This document shows, piece by piece, positions 10,505 through 20,587 of a stretch of DNA of 64,000 bases; the first letter of the stretch is position 1, and each line of letters starts with the position of its first letter. The position numbers were made by a program, and so were the translations under genes. Source of the stretch: Candidatus Poribacteria bacterium (GTDB taxonomy: Bacteria; Poribacteria; WGA-4E; JAJDTR01). The notes under the pieces are model-generated. The model was not told the origin of the DNA and did not search any database. It saw only the letters and a list, made by a program, of their open reading frames with translations. Location: the NCBI GenBank assembly GCA_965222225.1, contig CBDCTK010000002.1, positions 192,001 through 256,000 on the forward strand, given 5' to 3'.

Positions 10505-11671
10505 ATGATTGATATAGCCATCGTTAATCCAAGTTGGTCTCCCGCGAAATGTGCAGAGGTCGGCGTACAAAAGATTATTTCCACCTTCTACGAAGGAGTG
10601 CTGGAAAGCCATGAGTGGATAAGGTGCCGCAGACCCCTAGGGGCTACGAATATTGAATACTATGGGCAATACCCGGGCGGCGAGTCCCGGGAAATGCTCG
10701 CAAATCTTAGCGAAGAGGCACATCGGGTCGGGGTTGAAGTGCACCCGTACGCGCTTGTGGCGATTGCGGGAGTGTGGATGGGTTCACGTCGAACAATCCC
10801 ACGTCACATCATTCCCGACGGCAGGATACCCCGATTCGCCATTGAGAATCCGGAATACATGTCCAAAGGGCGAGATGGACGAAGTTGGCTCGACTGGGAG
10901 GTCGGCGAACAGGTTTTGGGCTATGACGTTGGCTACATGTCTCTGGCGTATCCCGAAGTCCGAGAATATGTCAGATCCGCGCTTGTAACATATGCGCGAG
11001 AATTTGGAGCAGACGGCGTGCAGTTGGAATTTGTCCAAGTTTTAGCCGAGGGTGAGGAAGTGTGGCCGCTGGGATACGACGCTCCGGCTATTGCCGATTA
11101 CACAGAAGCACACGGAGTTGATCCCCGCGAACTTGACAACGACGACGAAGCGTGGACGCGCCTGCGTGCGAGTTACTACACTCAACTGATGAAAGAGCTG
11201 AGAGAGGAACTTTCAGGACTGGGCAAAACGGTTGAAATTTCGGTAGCCACCGAAGGGGTTTGGGCTGATCCCGACGGCGCCTACAAGCTAATGTTAGATT
11301 GGCCCACCTGGGTCGACGAGGGGTTGGTTGACGCATTGCACCCGAGGTTCTGGATAATGGATCCACATTATCCGCTAAGTTACCCTGATAGTGATACCGG
11401 CTCATGGTATGTGGATCCGGCTAGAATTACGACAGAGATTTCCAAGGTGAAAGAGGTGGTTGGGCAAAAGTGTAAGATTTACGGCACGGTGCTCGGGAAG
11501 AATGGCGGCGGTGGTATACCGGTCGGGGACTTAGTTGAGCGGACTGTCGCAGCAGCAAAGGCGATGATTGAAGCAGGATCGGACGGTTTCGGTGTATATG
11601 TAGATGGGCACGTAATGGCGGAGGAGTCGTTCTGGAGGTCACTCAACCGAATACATACAGGGAAGTGTTAA
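10505..11671 (+). CDS. Glycoside hydrolase-like TIM-barrel protein (GHL10/DUF187-like)
   Basis: YMSLAYPEVREYV...ADGVQLEF and DWPTWVDEGLVDAL resemble GHL10-type motifs. Confidence 0.65.
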   Translation: MIDIAIVNPSWSPAKCAEVGVQKIISTFYEGVLESHEWIRCRRPLGATNIEYYGQYPGGESREMLANLSEEAHRVGVEVHPYALVAIAGVWMGSRRTIPRHIIPDGRIPRFAIENPEYMSKGRDGRSWLDWEVGEQVLGYDVGYMSLAYPEVREYVRSALVTYAREFGADGVQLEFVQVLAEGEEVWPLGYDAPAIADYTEAHGVDPRELDNDDEAWTRLRASYYTQLMKELREELSGLGKTVEISVATEGVWADPDGAYKLMLDWPTWVDEGLVDALHPRFWIMDPHYPLSYPDSDTGSWYVDPARITTEISKVKEVVGQKCKIYGTVLGKNGGGGIPVGDLVERTVAAAKAMIEAGSDGFGVYVDGHVMAEESFWRSLNRIHTGKC

Positions 11672-11778
11672 TCGCCTTCGAGCTAATTCGCAACTTGGCG
11701 TTTTCCACTCTTTAGAGCCCGAGCGATTGCGAAAAACTGGGGTTTTGGTTCTATTTCACAACTACTAAGGAACAAACA

Positions 11779-12582
11779 ATGAGCACTTTTTCGATGCATG
11801 ATGTTCAGCAATATGCCGTACCTACAGGAGCCGTAGCGCTCTGGTGGCTGGGGCAAGCGGGATTCATCATTAAAAGCCCCGCCGGGAAGATTGTTGCCCT
11901 TGACCCATATTTGACGAATTCTTGCAAGGCGCTTGGCGAAGAAGCCGGGTTCGACATGGATCGGTTAGTTCCGCCGCCGCTCTCGCCTGAAGACTTGGTT
12001 GGCATCGATCTCTATCTGATGACGCACAGTCACCGAGATCACTTGGATCCTGAAACGCTAAGAGGTTATCGCGCGGCAGGTGGACAAGGACCTTACGCCG
12101 CACCGGCGGAAACGATTGAAAAGTTGGAAGAGTTAGGAGTGCCAGCCGACGAAACGACCATGGTTTGGCCCAACAAAACCGTCACGATTGGTGACGTAAC
12201 GCTGCGTGCGACATTTGCAATTCCTTTCGGCGGAGATGACCTGACGCATGTCGGCTATCTCGCATTCGTTTCCGGTGGACCAACGGTCTATTTTACAGGC
12301 GACACCGCGTACCACGATTTGATTGCCACCAGCGTGTCCGAACATCAACCGGATGTGATGGTGACCGTAATTAATGCCGCGTTCCGGAATCTTGCCCCCG
12401 GCGAAGCGTCCCTGTTAGCAAAGCAGATTGATGCGAAGGTAGTGATTCCCTGTCATCATGACCTATTCTCGGATAATCAACAACCGCCGCAGATGCTCCG
12501 CACCAACCTCCATATTCTTGGGATAGGCGATCGATATCAGCCGCTCGAACATGGCAAACCGTATCTTTACCTACAGGACTGA
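11779..12582 (+). CDS. MBL-fold metallo-hydrolase (UlaG-like)
   Basis: LWWLGQAGF, DPYL, THSHRDHLD, YFTGDT and IPCHHD motifs. Confidence 0.9.
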   Translation: MSTFSMHDVQQYAVPTGAVALWWLGQAGFIIKSPAGKIVALDPYLTNSCKALGEEAGFDMDRLVPPPLSPEDLVGIDLYLMTHSHRDHLDPETLRGYRAAGGQGPYAAPAETIEKLEELGVPADETTMVWPNKTVTIGDVTLRATFAIPFGGDDLTHVGYLAFVSGGPTVYFTGDTAYHDLIATSVSEHQPDVMVTVINAAFRNLAPGEASLLAKQIDAKVVIPCHHDLFSDNQQPPQMLRTNLHILGIGDRYQPLEHGKPYLYLQD

Positions 12583-12712
12583 TTTCTTCCCCACGGTAAT
12601 GAATAAGCTATAATTATCCCGCGCGACGGTGCGGGGATATCAGTAGAAAGACGTTAATTTGGAACTTCATCAAACGCACTTTTGACAAAAGGTTGCAATT
12701 TTCCCAGTTTCT

Positions 12713-13804
12713 ATGTCTGACAAGACGTATTCAGCGGTGGCAATAGCCACGCGGACAATGGAAATACAAGCCTTTGACATCCCGGTGATTGGGGAGGATG
12801 ATGGCTTGCTGAAAGTGGAGATGTGCGGGGTATGTGGGAGCGATCCCCGAATCTTCCAATGGACCGACCCTGAAAGATTCCCGCTTATCATGGGGCACGA
12901 AGTCCTTGGGCATATTGAGGAGATAGGGAGTCAAGCGTCCGCAAGATGGGGAATAAAACGTGGAGATCGGGTTGTCGTCGAGCATCTCTTTGGGTGTGGA
13001 CACTGCCGCATGTGTCTGATTGGCGAATACCGTTTCTGTTCCGAACATCTCGGTTACGGCGGTCCCATTCCATCAAGCGTCCCGCCGTGTCTCTGGGGCG
13101 CGTACGGCGAATACATGTATCTCGCTCCGAACTCGAGAGTCCATCGAATCGCCGAGGATGTTCCGGCTGAAGCGGCGGTTATGACCTGCGCCAATATCGG
13201 AAACGGCATTCGTTGGGTGCGTACGAAGGGTGGGGTTACCGTAGGGGACACCGTAGTTGTCATCGGACCGGGAGGTCAAGGTTTAGCCGCGGTTCTGGCG
13301 GCTCGTGAGGCGGGAGCTACACAAATCGTTGCAATTGGTCTCACTCAGGACAATCATCGTTTTGAGGTTGCCAGACGCTTCGGCGCAACCCAAACTATCA
13401 ACTTGGATATTGAGGATCCCGTGGAGAGAGTGCATCAACTCACCGAAGGCGTGTTAGCCGATGTGGTGATGGATCTCACTGGCGCCACGAGTTCCGCGCC
13501 ATTATCGCTGGAGCTCGTGCGCCCCATGGGTACGGTTGTATTGGGTTCAAACACGGGTCAAGCATCGGTGCCGCTCGTAACCAGCAAAATCGCCGCGAAG
13601 GAGATACACTATCAGGGCGTGAACACCCACGACACCCCAGCCGTACGGGCGGCAATCAAGCTTGTCGAGTCGCGCCGTTATCCCATTGAAAAAATGGTCA
13701 CGCATTACTTTGGGTTGGAGGACGCGGAAACAGCGGTGCATGCGGCAGGGGGAGAAATTCGTTTGGACGGATTCATAAAGGGTGTGATTGTTCCCAATCC
13801 CTAA
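12713..13804 (+). CDS. Zn-dependent alcohol/polyol dehydrogenase (MDR family)
   Basis: CGVCGSD, GHE, structural Zn site CGHCRMC...C and GPGGQG. Confidence 0.92.
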   Translation: MSDKTYSAVAIATRTMEIQAFDIPVIGEDDGLLKVEMCGVCGSDPRIFQWTDPERFPLIMGHEVLGHIEEIGSQASARWGIKRGDRVVVEHLFGCGHCRMCLIGEYRFCSEHLGYGGPIPSSVPPCLWGAYGEYMYLAPNSRVHRIAEDVPAEAAVMTCANIGNGIRWVRTKGGVTVGDTVVVIGPGGQGLAAVLAAREAGATQIVAIGLTQDNHRFEVARRFGATQTINLDIEDPVERVHQLTEGVLADVVMDLTGATSSAPLSLELVRPMGTVVLGSNTGQASVPLVTSKIAAKEIHYQGVNTHDTPAVRAAIKLVESRRYPIEKMVTHYFGLEDAETAVHAAGGEIRLDGFIKGVIVPNP

Positions 13805-13874
13805 TCCTCGTATACGGCTTTGGCGAACGTTGAGCCCGATCGCCGCCGATAACAGGTGCAAGGAATCTGGATAT

Positions 13875-14954
13875 ATGAGAAACTGGAGTGACCTCGAAAA
13901 TTGTCGGATTGTCCGCTTAAACGCAACCCTATTTCCAGTAAGTGAGTTTGAGGCCTCTCTTTACGAGAAATATGACCTCAAACCGGTGCAAGTGGAGGCC
14001 AATCTTCCAGAAGAGATTATTCCGCGCGTTGAAGACTGCGACGCGCTTTTTGCCATCTCGGTCTCGTTGCCGGAAGCGGTAGTTTCGAGTCTATCGCGTT
14101 GCCGAGTCATTTCAAGACTCGGTACCGGCACGGACAAGATTGATGTCGCGATGGCAACTCGGAAAGGGATTCTGGTGACGAATGTGCCGTACTTCTGCGT
14201 TGAGGAGCAGGCAGATCACACAATGGCACTGATGCTAGCATTGGCGAGAAAGCTGCCACAGATGGCGCAAGCAATGGCCGAAAGGGCGTGGAGCCACTCG
14301 AAACGACAGTCGCGAAGCAATCAGCGGCTTTCGACGCAGAATTTGGGATTGATCGGGTTCGGAAATTCGGCAAAAGCGACAGCACAGCGGGCAAGAGGTT
14401 TCGGCATGCGCGTCATTGCCACCCGCCGCAATATGAAGGCTCCTCGCCACGAAGCCGACAACCTAGGAGTGGAGATGGTATCCCTTGATACACTGCTCAG
14501 CGAGTCGGACTACGTGTCTTTACACTTGCCGCTGAGTTCCGAGACGTATCATATGCTGGATGAAGCGGAATTAGGCAAGATGAAGCCGGGTGCGTATTTG
14601 ATTAACACCTCGCGTGGGGCGTTAGTAGATGAAATGGCGTTGGTCAAAGCACTTCGCGAGGGAAGATTGAGCGGTGCAGGACTGGATACATTTGAAGGGA
14701 TAAATCCGTTCACGGAGGATGAGACGCCGCCAGAGCATCCGCTATTGGAGCTTGACAACGTTGTACTTACACCCCATGTCGGCGCCTACTCCGTCCAAGC
14801 GTCGCAGGATGTTTCTAGGGGTGGGGTTCAAAACGTGGTATCGGTGTTAAGTGGGCACTTGCCTCTTGCCGAGAATATCGTTAATCCGAGTGTGACGCCT
14901 AGGGTTCCCCTTGCGGATTACGATGATTCGCTCTTTGAAGAAAACGGGCACTAA
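13875..14954 (+). CDS. D-isomer-specific 2-hydroxyacid dehydrogenase
   Basis: GTGTDKID, LGLIGFG, LINTSRG and TPHVG. Start chosen at ATG 13875 (MRNWSD). Confidence 0.92.
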   Translation: MRNWSDLENCRIVRLNATLFPVSEFEASLYEKYDLKPVQVEANLPEEIIPRVEDCDALFAISVSLPEAVVSSLSRCRVISRLGTGTDKIDVAMATRKGILVTNVPYFCVEEQADHTMALMLALARKLPQMAQAMAERAWSHSKRQSRSNQRLSTQNLGLIGFGNSAKATAQRARGFGMRVIATRRNMKAPRHEADNLGVEMVSLDTLLSESDYVSLHLPLSSETYHMLDEAELGKMKPGAYLINTSRGALVDEMALVKALREGRLSGAGLDTFEGINPFTEDETPPEHPLLELDNVVLTPHVGAYSVQASQDVSRGGVQNVVSVLSGHLPLAENIVNPSVTPRVPLADYDDSLFEENGH

Positions 14955-15106
14955 GAACTGTTAGCGTCATCGCGTTGGGAGATCGAATAGTGCGTTAATT
15001 CGGCAGAATGGGATTGGAAGAGTGGAAGGTTGGAAGATACTCTTTCACGCTATTCGTGTTATTCATAATGTGTGATTCCTTTGGGGGAAGAAGTGGGAGT
15101 TGAATA

Positions 15107-15137
15107 GTTGGGTTTCGCTGTGCTCAACCCAACCTAC
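15107..15137 (-). repeat. GTAG-type REP-like palindrome
   Basis: GTTGGGTT-N11-AACCCAAC followed by CTAC (GTAG on the minus strand). Confidence 0.65.
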
Positions 15138-15165
15138 TACGAGCTAGACTAGGAAGTGGCAGATA

Positions 15166-16119
15166 ATGGACATAACGTGGGATTATGCTAACGCACGAGA
15201 TTACGTCAAACGGATTCATCAAGGCATGCCGCCGGTGCTCATCAGCGTAGCGGTGACGGGCGAGCACCAGAAAAGTGAAAACCCAGGTGTACCGGTGACT
15301 GCGGAGGAGCAAGCTGAAGAGGCTGCCGCAGTTTATGCCGCAGGTGCGCGAATAATTCATATCCACGCCCGTCAAGCCGATGACCCAACCAAAGGTACGA
15401 ATGATCCAACCCGCTACCGCGAAATCAATGCGATGATGCGGGCGAAAGCGCCCGATATCCTCATAGACAATTCTCAAACTGTTGCAGAACTCCCAACTCC
15501 CTCCGACGCATTGGTTGGATCTGCCTACTTCTTTCGGTCGGCACCGATTGAAGCTGCGCCGGACATTATGTCGCTTAATGCGGGGCCCATGACCTTCCGG
15601 CGTGGGGCATCCTACACAGGGGGCGCCGCCACGCCGAGCTCGGTATACGCCACGACCTTCGACCACACGGAGCGGGCAGCGAATCTAGCGCGCGAACACG
15701 GAATCAAGCCGCAGGTGTTTCTCTACCACCCGGGACATCTTGACATTCTAGAACACCTTATTGCACATGATGCGCTGGACAAGCCCTATTTTGTACAGCT
15801 CGTTTTCGGGCAGCAGAGCGGAATCGCCACCAGCCCGGAAAATGTGTTGTCGATGATAAGGAATCTACCTGAAGATACCATCTTCCAAACCTGTGCTTTG
15901 GGACTGGAGGAGATACATGTAAATGTCCTCTCCCTCCTCTTGGGCGGGCATATTCGCACCGGGTTAGAGGATAGTCTGCTCTACCAACATGATACGCCTG
16001 CCCAAAGTAACGTTCAGTTGGTGGAGCGTATTGTCCAAATTGCCAATGCACTAGGGCGACGGGTCGCTACGGCGGAGGAAGCACGCCGTATGTTGGGAAT
16101 TGGTTTCCCAACGAACTGA
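15166..16119 (+). CDS. Beta-keto acid cleavage enzyme (BKACE/DUF849, Kce-like)
   Basis: ISVAVTG, AGARIIHIHAR, GGHIRTGLED and RRVATAEEARRML. Confidence 0.92.
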   Translation: MDITWDYANARDYVKRIHQGMPPVLISVAVTGEHQKSENPGVPVTAEEQAEEAAAVYAAGARIIHIHARQADDPTKGTNDPTRYREINAMMRAKAPDILIDNSQTVAELPTPSDALVGSAYFFRSAPIEAAPDIMSLNAGPMTFRRGASYTGGAATPSSVYATTFDHTERAANLAREHGIKPQVFLYHPGHLDILEHLIAHDALDKPYFVQLVFGQQSGIATSPENVLSMIRNLPEDTIFQTCALGLEEIHVNVLSLLLGGHIRTGLEDSLLYQHDTPAQSNVQLVERIVQIANALGRRVATAEEARRMLGIGFPTN

Positions 16120-16163
16120 AAGAAAACACCGCGCCCACCATAGCCGCTCTGAAAAGAGGAGAC

Positions 16164-16976
16164 ATGTCTATGTCTGTACCTACGACAAACGCCGATGGCA
16201 AACCGGCGATTGAGTTCACCGAAGAACAAAAATTTATTTTTGATACACGCGGTTGGATAGCTATCCCTGCCGTGTTGACGGATGATGAGATTGTCGAAAT
16301 GCGGGGTTTTTGCTACCGACTGAAAAGGGATCCGGAGTCGATTCCCGAATATCACCGGTATTCGGTTGGAGGACCGCTTGAGAAATTGGCGGATCACCCG
16401 ATTGTCCTCGGATTCATGGACGAGTTTGTTTCATCAGAATACTCAAGCGAGGACTGCTACGGTTTTCGTTTCGAAGGCACGTTTCTAACGATTAGGTCTA
16501 AAGGACATGACAACTTTAACCCTCATGGAGGGCAGGGGATGTTTACGTTCCCCGGAAATTCACACACCTATCGTCTGAATCCCGGCAAGGCACACAGCGG
16601 ATTAACTCGAATCGTTTGGGAACTGAATCCGGTAAAAAGAGGCGGCGGAGGCACGCTTTTCTTGACGGGAAGCCACAAAGCGGCGTTTCCTCCTCCGAAA
16701 TCAGTCCATAATCGGGATAGCCTTCTGTGGGAGGACTATAGCTGTCCGGCAGGATCGGCGCTCTTCTTTACGGAGGCGATTACCCACACCGGCGCTCGGT
16801 GGGAGGACGACACGGTTGACCGAGTTTCCGTGTTCAACTGCTATAACGTTGTAGGCAATAAGTGGCATAAGTGGGAACCTCATCCGAAACACCTCGCTGA
16901 AATGCCATTCAAGCGCCAAACCCTCTTTCGCCCGGTCTATTGTCAGGACAATGTTCCCTCGCCCGACGACGTTTAG
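16164..16976 (+). CDS. PhyH-family Fe(II)/2OG enzyme with HxG motif
   Basis: EQKFIFDTRGWIAIPAVL, PHGG, GGTLFLTGSHKA and FFTEAITHTG. Confidence 0.85.
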   Translation: MSMSVPTTNADGKPAIEFTEEQKFIFDTRGWIAIPAVLTDDEIVEMRGFCYRLKRDPESIPEYHRYSVGGPLEKLADHPIVLGFMDEFVSSEYSSEDCYGFRFEGTFLTIRSKGHDNFNPHGGQGMFTFPGNSHTYRLNPGKAHSGLTRIVWELNPVKRGGGGTLFLTGSHKAAFPPPKSVHNRDSLLWEDYSCPAGSALFFTEAITHTGARWEDDTVDRVSVFNCYNVVGNKWHKWEPHPKHLAEMPFKRQTLFRPVYCQDNVPSPDDV

Positions 16977-17423
16977 AGGTTGTTTGAAAGACAATTAGCA
17001 AAGCCATTTTTGGACATTTGGACAAACGTCTTTTGATATTGGTCAGTTACCGGTAAAGCAGAAGTCAGTAGTAGCGGTAAGTAATAGCTCGGGAGTCGTT
17101 GATGTGGGATTAATGAGGATACAAAGAGCGGTGTTCTACGATTTGATACCCACCGATTACCGCTGCGAATCTAAAAGTAGTGTCGCCCCTCCGGGGCTTT
17201 TGGTTGTATAGGGCTACTACAAATAGAATCTCAAACAGGCTCGAAAAAAATGTGGCCTAGCGTTTGTTGAAGTGATTCCCTACGCCTCTAGAATCAGGTG
17301 CGATTGGCCTGGCAGCTAGTAGGGAGGATGTTGCTTTCTACATGTCAGCCACTCGTACAGATTGTTCGGATTCAATCCCGGTCTCAAGGTATCAAAGTAA
17401 GGTATCAAAGTGAGGAGTAGATT

Positions 17424-18398
17424 ATGGCCAAAGTGCAAATTGGTATCGTCGGATCCGGCGGGGCGGCAACGTCCGGCGCCGAACAATTTTCCAAGATCGA
17501 TGCGACTAAAATCGTTGCGGTTGCCTCGCGAAATCATCACACAGGTGAGCAATTGGCTCGGCGCTACGGGGCGGAGTTTATACCTGATTGGCGAGATCTC
17601 GTTCGACGCGACGACGTGGATGGTGTCGCAATCTTCACCCACAATGATAGCCATGGTGAAATCGCTATTGCCGCGCTTGAGGCGGATAAGCATGTGTTCA
17701 CCGAATATCCGTTGGCGCAAGCTGTTGATCAGGGCGAAGCCGTAATCAGGTTAGCAAAATCCCAAAACCGTGTTCTGCGTGTCTCTCACTCCGAACCTGT
17801 GTCGAATATGCACAATGCGATTAAGCAGAAAGTTCAAGGGCTTGGCGGTCTACTATGGGCGGGCTTTTGGCGGCTCACCCCCGGACGAGGCGCTCGACCA
17901 GAGATTCTGTTAAATCTGCCCGTCTCGGGCCCACCGGCGCATTTCTTTGTCTATCACATCTACCCGGTTGTAGATTTGTTTGGACGCGCCGAGTGGGTGG
18001 AGGGTACCGCTGTCTATGAAGGTTTAGGCGATGAGGGGAGATACAACCGGTTCGTAAACACCGTTACTGTCGGTTTTTCTAGTGGCGGTGTGGGGCAGTG
18101 GACATGGGCGGGCGGTGTTGAAACGAACAGACCGGAGCAACATTGTCGGTACGTCTTGAATGGAGGTACGGTTTTATATGACGGAGACGGATGGCACTGT
18201 GCTACTTCAACCGGGATTGAGGAGATTCGACCACCTGAAGGCTCGAACGTTTCAATTCAAGAGCGTTGGACTCACGAAATTCTTGATGGGGATTCGGAAA
18301 CTGCAAGCGCTGACACAGCCATAGCGTTAGAGGCGATTCGGATTAGCCTTGCTGCTGAGCAGTCAATGCGGGAGCATCGACGGATTGTCTTGGCCTAA
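17424..18398 (+). CDS. Gfo/Idh/MocA-family oxidoreductase
   Basis: IGIVGSGG, DVDGVAIFTHNDSH and KHVFTEYP. Confidence 0.9.
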   Translation: MAKVQIGIVGSGGAATSGAEQFSKIDATKIVAVASRNHHTGEQLARRYGAEFIPDWRDLVRRDDVDGVAIFTHNDSHGEIAIAALEADKHVFTEYPLAQAVDQGEAVIRLAKSQNRVLRVSHSEPVSNMHNAIKQKVQGLGGLLWAGFWRLTPGRGARPEILLNLPVSGPPAHFFVYHIYPVVDLFGRAEWVEGTAVYEGLGDEGRYNRFVNTVTVGFSSGGVGQWTWAGGVETNRPEQHCRYVLNGGTVLYDGDGWHCATSTGIEEIRPPEGSNVSIQERWTHEILDGDSETASADTAIALEAIRISLAAEQSMREHRRIVLA

Positions 18399-18469
18399 AC
18401 CTATCTTTTATGCGAACAAGTGTACGTTACCGTGCGAATCGGGACCAAGGAAAATCGGGGACCCGACGA

Positions 18470-18560
18470 TGGATCTCTATTGTCGTGGGATTTGTACCGC
18501 ACAAAGATCCCTATCGCATTCGCTATTCGCTCATTTGATCCTATGCAGTCACTTGATCGC
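18470..18560 (+). repeat. Dispersed CTAT/GATC periodic intergenic element, copy 2
   Basis: CTAT at 18477, degenerate GTAC at 18494, CTAT at 18511 and 18523, GATC at 18537 and 18555. Confidence 0.65.
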
Positions 18561-18695
18561 TCCCACAAGGGCCTTTACCTTTCGCCCTTCTAGGGATTTC
18601 CTTTGAGTTTCGGATTGAAGATTTCATCCTTGATTTGAAGATTGTCAATTCGCTAACATCAGGTGTGATTCCCCTGGAGCCAAATCTTTTTGGAC

Positions 18696-18724
18696 TTGAC
18701 GGGGGATGGGGTTTCTGATATGCT
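18696..18724 (+). promoter_or_regulatory. Putative sigma70 promoter of the CRTAC1-like gene
   Basis: TTGACG-17 bp-TATGCT with an extended -10 TG, about 40 bp before ATG 18767. Confidence 0.55.
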
Positions 18725-18766
18725 GATCCAATGGTATCACCACGCGCAAATGCGCCTCCCTAGATA

Positions 18767-20464
18767 ATGCCGAGAGTTCGCTTAATCCTTCTGAAGTTAA
18801 TCACCCAATCCATAATTGCCGGCATACTCTTGATGCCGTTAGAGTTGCGGGGAAGTGCATCGCCGTGGTTCACCGAAGTAAGCGCTAAAGCCGGCATTCG
18901 TTTCAAACATACGGACGGACGCAGCGGACAAAGGTACTTTCTGGAGACGCTTGGAGCAGGTGCGGCGTGGTTCGATTACGACAGAGATGGGGATTTAGAC
19001 ATCTATTTTGTGAACGGAGCCGGCTTGCCGGGGGCAGAGTTTGATGTTTCTCCCACCAACGCGCTTTATCGCAACAACGGGAATATGACTTTCACAGAGG
19101 TCACGAATGGGGCGAAGGTTGGAGATGGGGGATACGGTTTCGGCTGCTGCGTCGGTGATTACGACAACGACGGATGGCCAGACCTGTATGTTACGAATTT
19201 TGGTCCGAATATCCTGTATCGCAATAACGGAGACGGGAGTTTTTCCAATGTTACCGAGGGGACAGGCGTTGGAGGTGAACGCTGGAGTAGCAGTGCGGCA
19301 TTCGCTGACTATGACAGGGACGGCGACCTCGACCTGTTTGTCGCAAACTATCTAGACTATCGGTTGGAGGACAACACGATCTGTCATAGGGGCGATCTAC
19401 GTGTCTATTGCCCGCCTGCAGATTTTACAGGTGTGGCTGATGTGCTTTACGAAAATAAAGGTGATGGAAGTTTTGCGGATGTAACGCGAGAATCGGGCGT
19501 GTTCAATCCCGAGGGAAAGGGACTAGGTGTCGTTTGGGGCGATTACGACAACGACGGTTATCCCGATATCTTCGTTGCCAATGACACAACGGCGGACATG
19601 CTTTATCGAAATAACGGTGATGGCACATTTATGGATGTAGCACTGTTCGTCGGTGTCGCCCTCGGCGCGAAAGGAATCCCCATGGGCGGTATGGGCACCA
19701 GTTTTGGCGACTACGATAACGATGGGTGGTTAGACATTGCCGTGACGAATTTTCAGGACGATCCGAACAGCCTTTATCATGGTGAAGGCGACGGTACGTT
19801 TGCGGACGCAAGCTATGCGAGCCGGTTGGGCGGAGTCAGTCTTCCTTATGTTGGTTGGGGAGTCGATTTTGTAGACTTGGATAACGATGGATTTACGGAT
19901 CTGTTTGTGGGAAACGGGAACATATATGATAACGTCGAAATGTTTAATCCGGGCTACACGTATCCGCAACGCAACCATCTCTTCAGAAATCAGGGTGATG
20001 GAACGCTGAGTGAAATCTCCAGCCAGTGCGGCCCCGGATTGAGTTTAAACAAAGTCAGCCGCGGCGTCGCCTTCGTTGACTATGACAATGATGGCGATAT
20101 TGATATCCTTGTCACCAATTCCAATCAGACTCCCGACCTACTCCGGAACGAAAGTTCCAATCAGAACAATTGGCTCAACTTGCGACTCGTTGGAACGGCG
20201 AGCAACAGGGATGCCATCGGTGCTCGAGTGAAGATTTTTGCACCGGGGCCTGAACCTCAACTTCGAGAGGTGAAGAGCGGTTCTAGTTACCTCTGTCAAA
20301 GTGACATGCGTTTGCATTTCGGACTGGGTAATGCCTCTATTGTCACTCGCATCGAAATCCGATGGCCCAGCGGATTGGACGATACGTTTGGAGGGATAGC
20401 GCCGAATCAATTTCTGGAAGTCCGGGAAGGCGAAAAACGGTTGATTCCCCTAGTCTCGAAGTAA
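18767..20464 (+). CDS. CRTAC1-family protein (FG-GAP repeats plus ASPIC/UnbV domain)
   Basis: Signal peptide, many DYDNDGxxD repeats and a C-terminal SNRDAIGARV...SYLCQSDMRLHFGLG...RWPSG. Confidence 0.93.
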   Translation: MPRVRLILLKLITQSIIAGILLMPLELRGSASPWFTEVSAKAGIRFKHTDGRSGQRYFLETLGAGAAWFDYDRDGDLDIYFVNGAGLPGAEFDVSPTNALYRNNGNMTFTEVTNGAKVGDGGYGFGCCVGDYDNDGWPDLYVTNFGPNILYRNNGDGSFSNVTEGTGVGGERWSSSAAFADYDRDGDLDLFVANYLDYRLEDNTICHRGDLRVYCPPADFTGVADVLYENKGDGSFADVTRESGVFNPEGKGLGVVWGDYDNDGYPDIFVANDTTADMLYRNNGDGTFMDVALFVGVALGAKGIPMGGMGTSFGDYDNDGWLDIAVTNFQDDPNSLYHGEGDGTFADASYASRLGGVSLPYVGWGVDFVDLDNDGFTDLFVGNGNIYDNVEMFNPGYTYPQRNHLFRNQGDGTLSEISSQCGPGLSLNKVSRGVAFVDYDNDGDIDILVTNSNQTPDLLRNESSNQNNWLNLRLVGTASNRDAIGARVKIFAPGPEPQLREVKSGSSYLCQSDMRLHFGLGNASIVTRIEIRWPSGLDDTFGGIAPNQFLEVREGEKRLIPLVSK

Positions 20465-20587
20465 GTAGGACAAAAGTCGGGAATGTGAATTGTTTTTCAC
20501 TCGGTAATACGGAGATTGTTGATTCAATAGAGTTGTGCGATTCTACATATCATGAGGAGATTGAGCTTTATGGTGCACTGTGACAAA

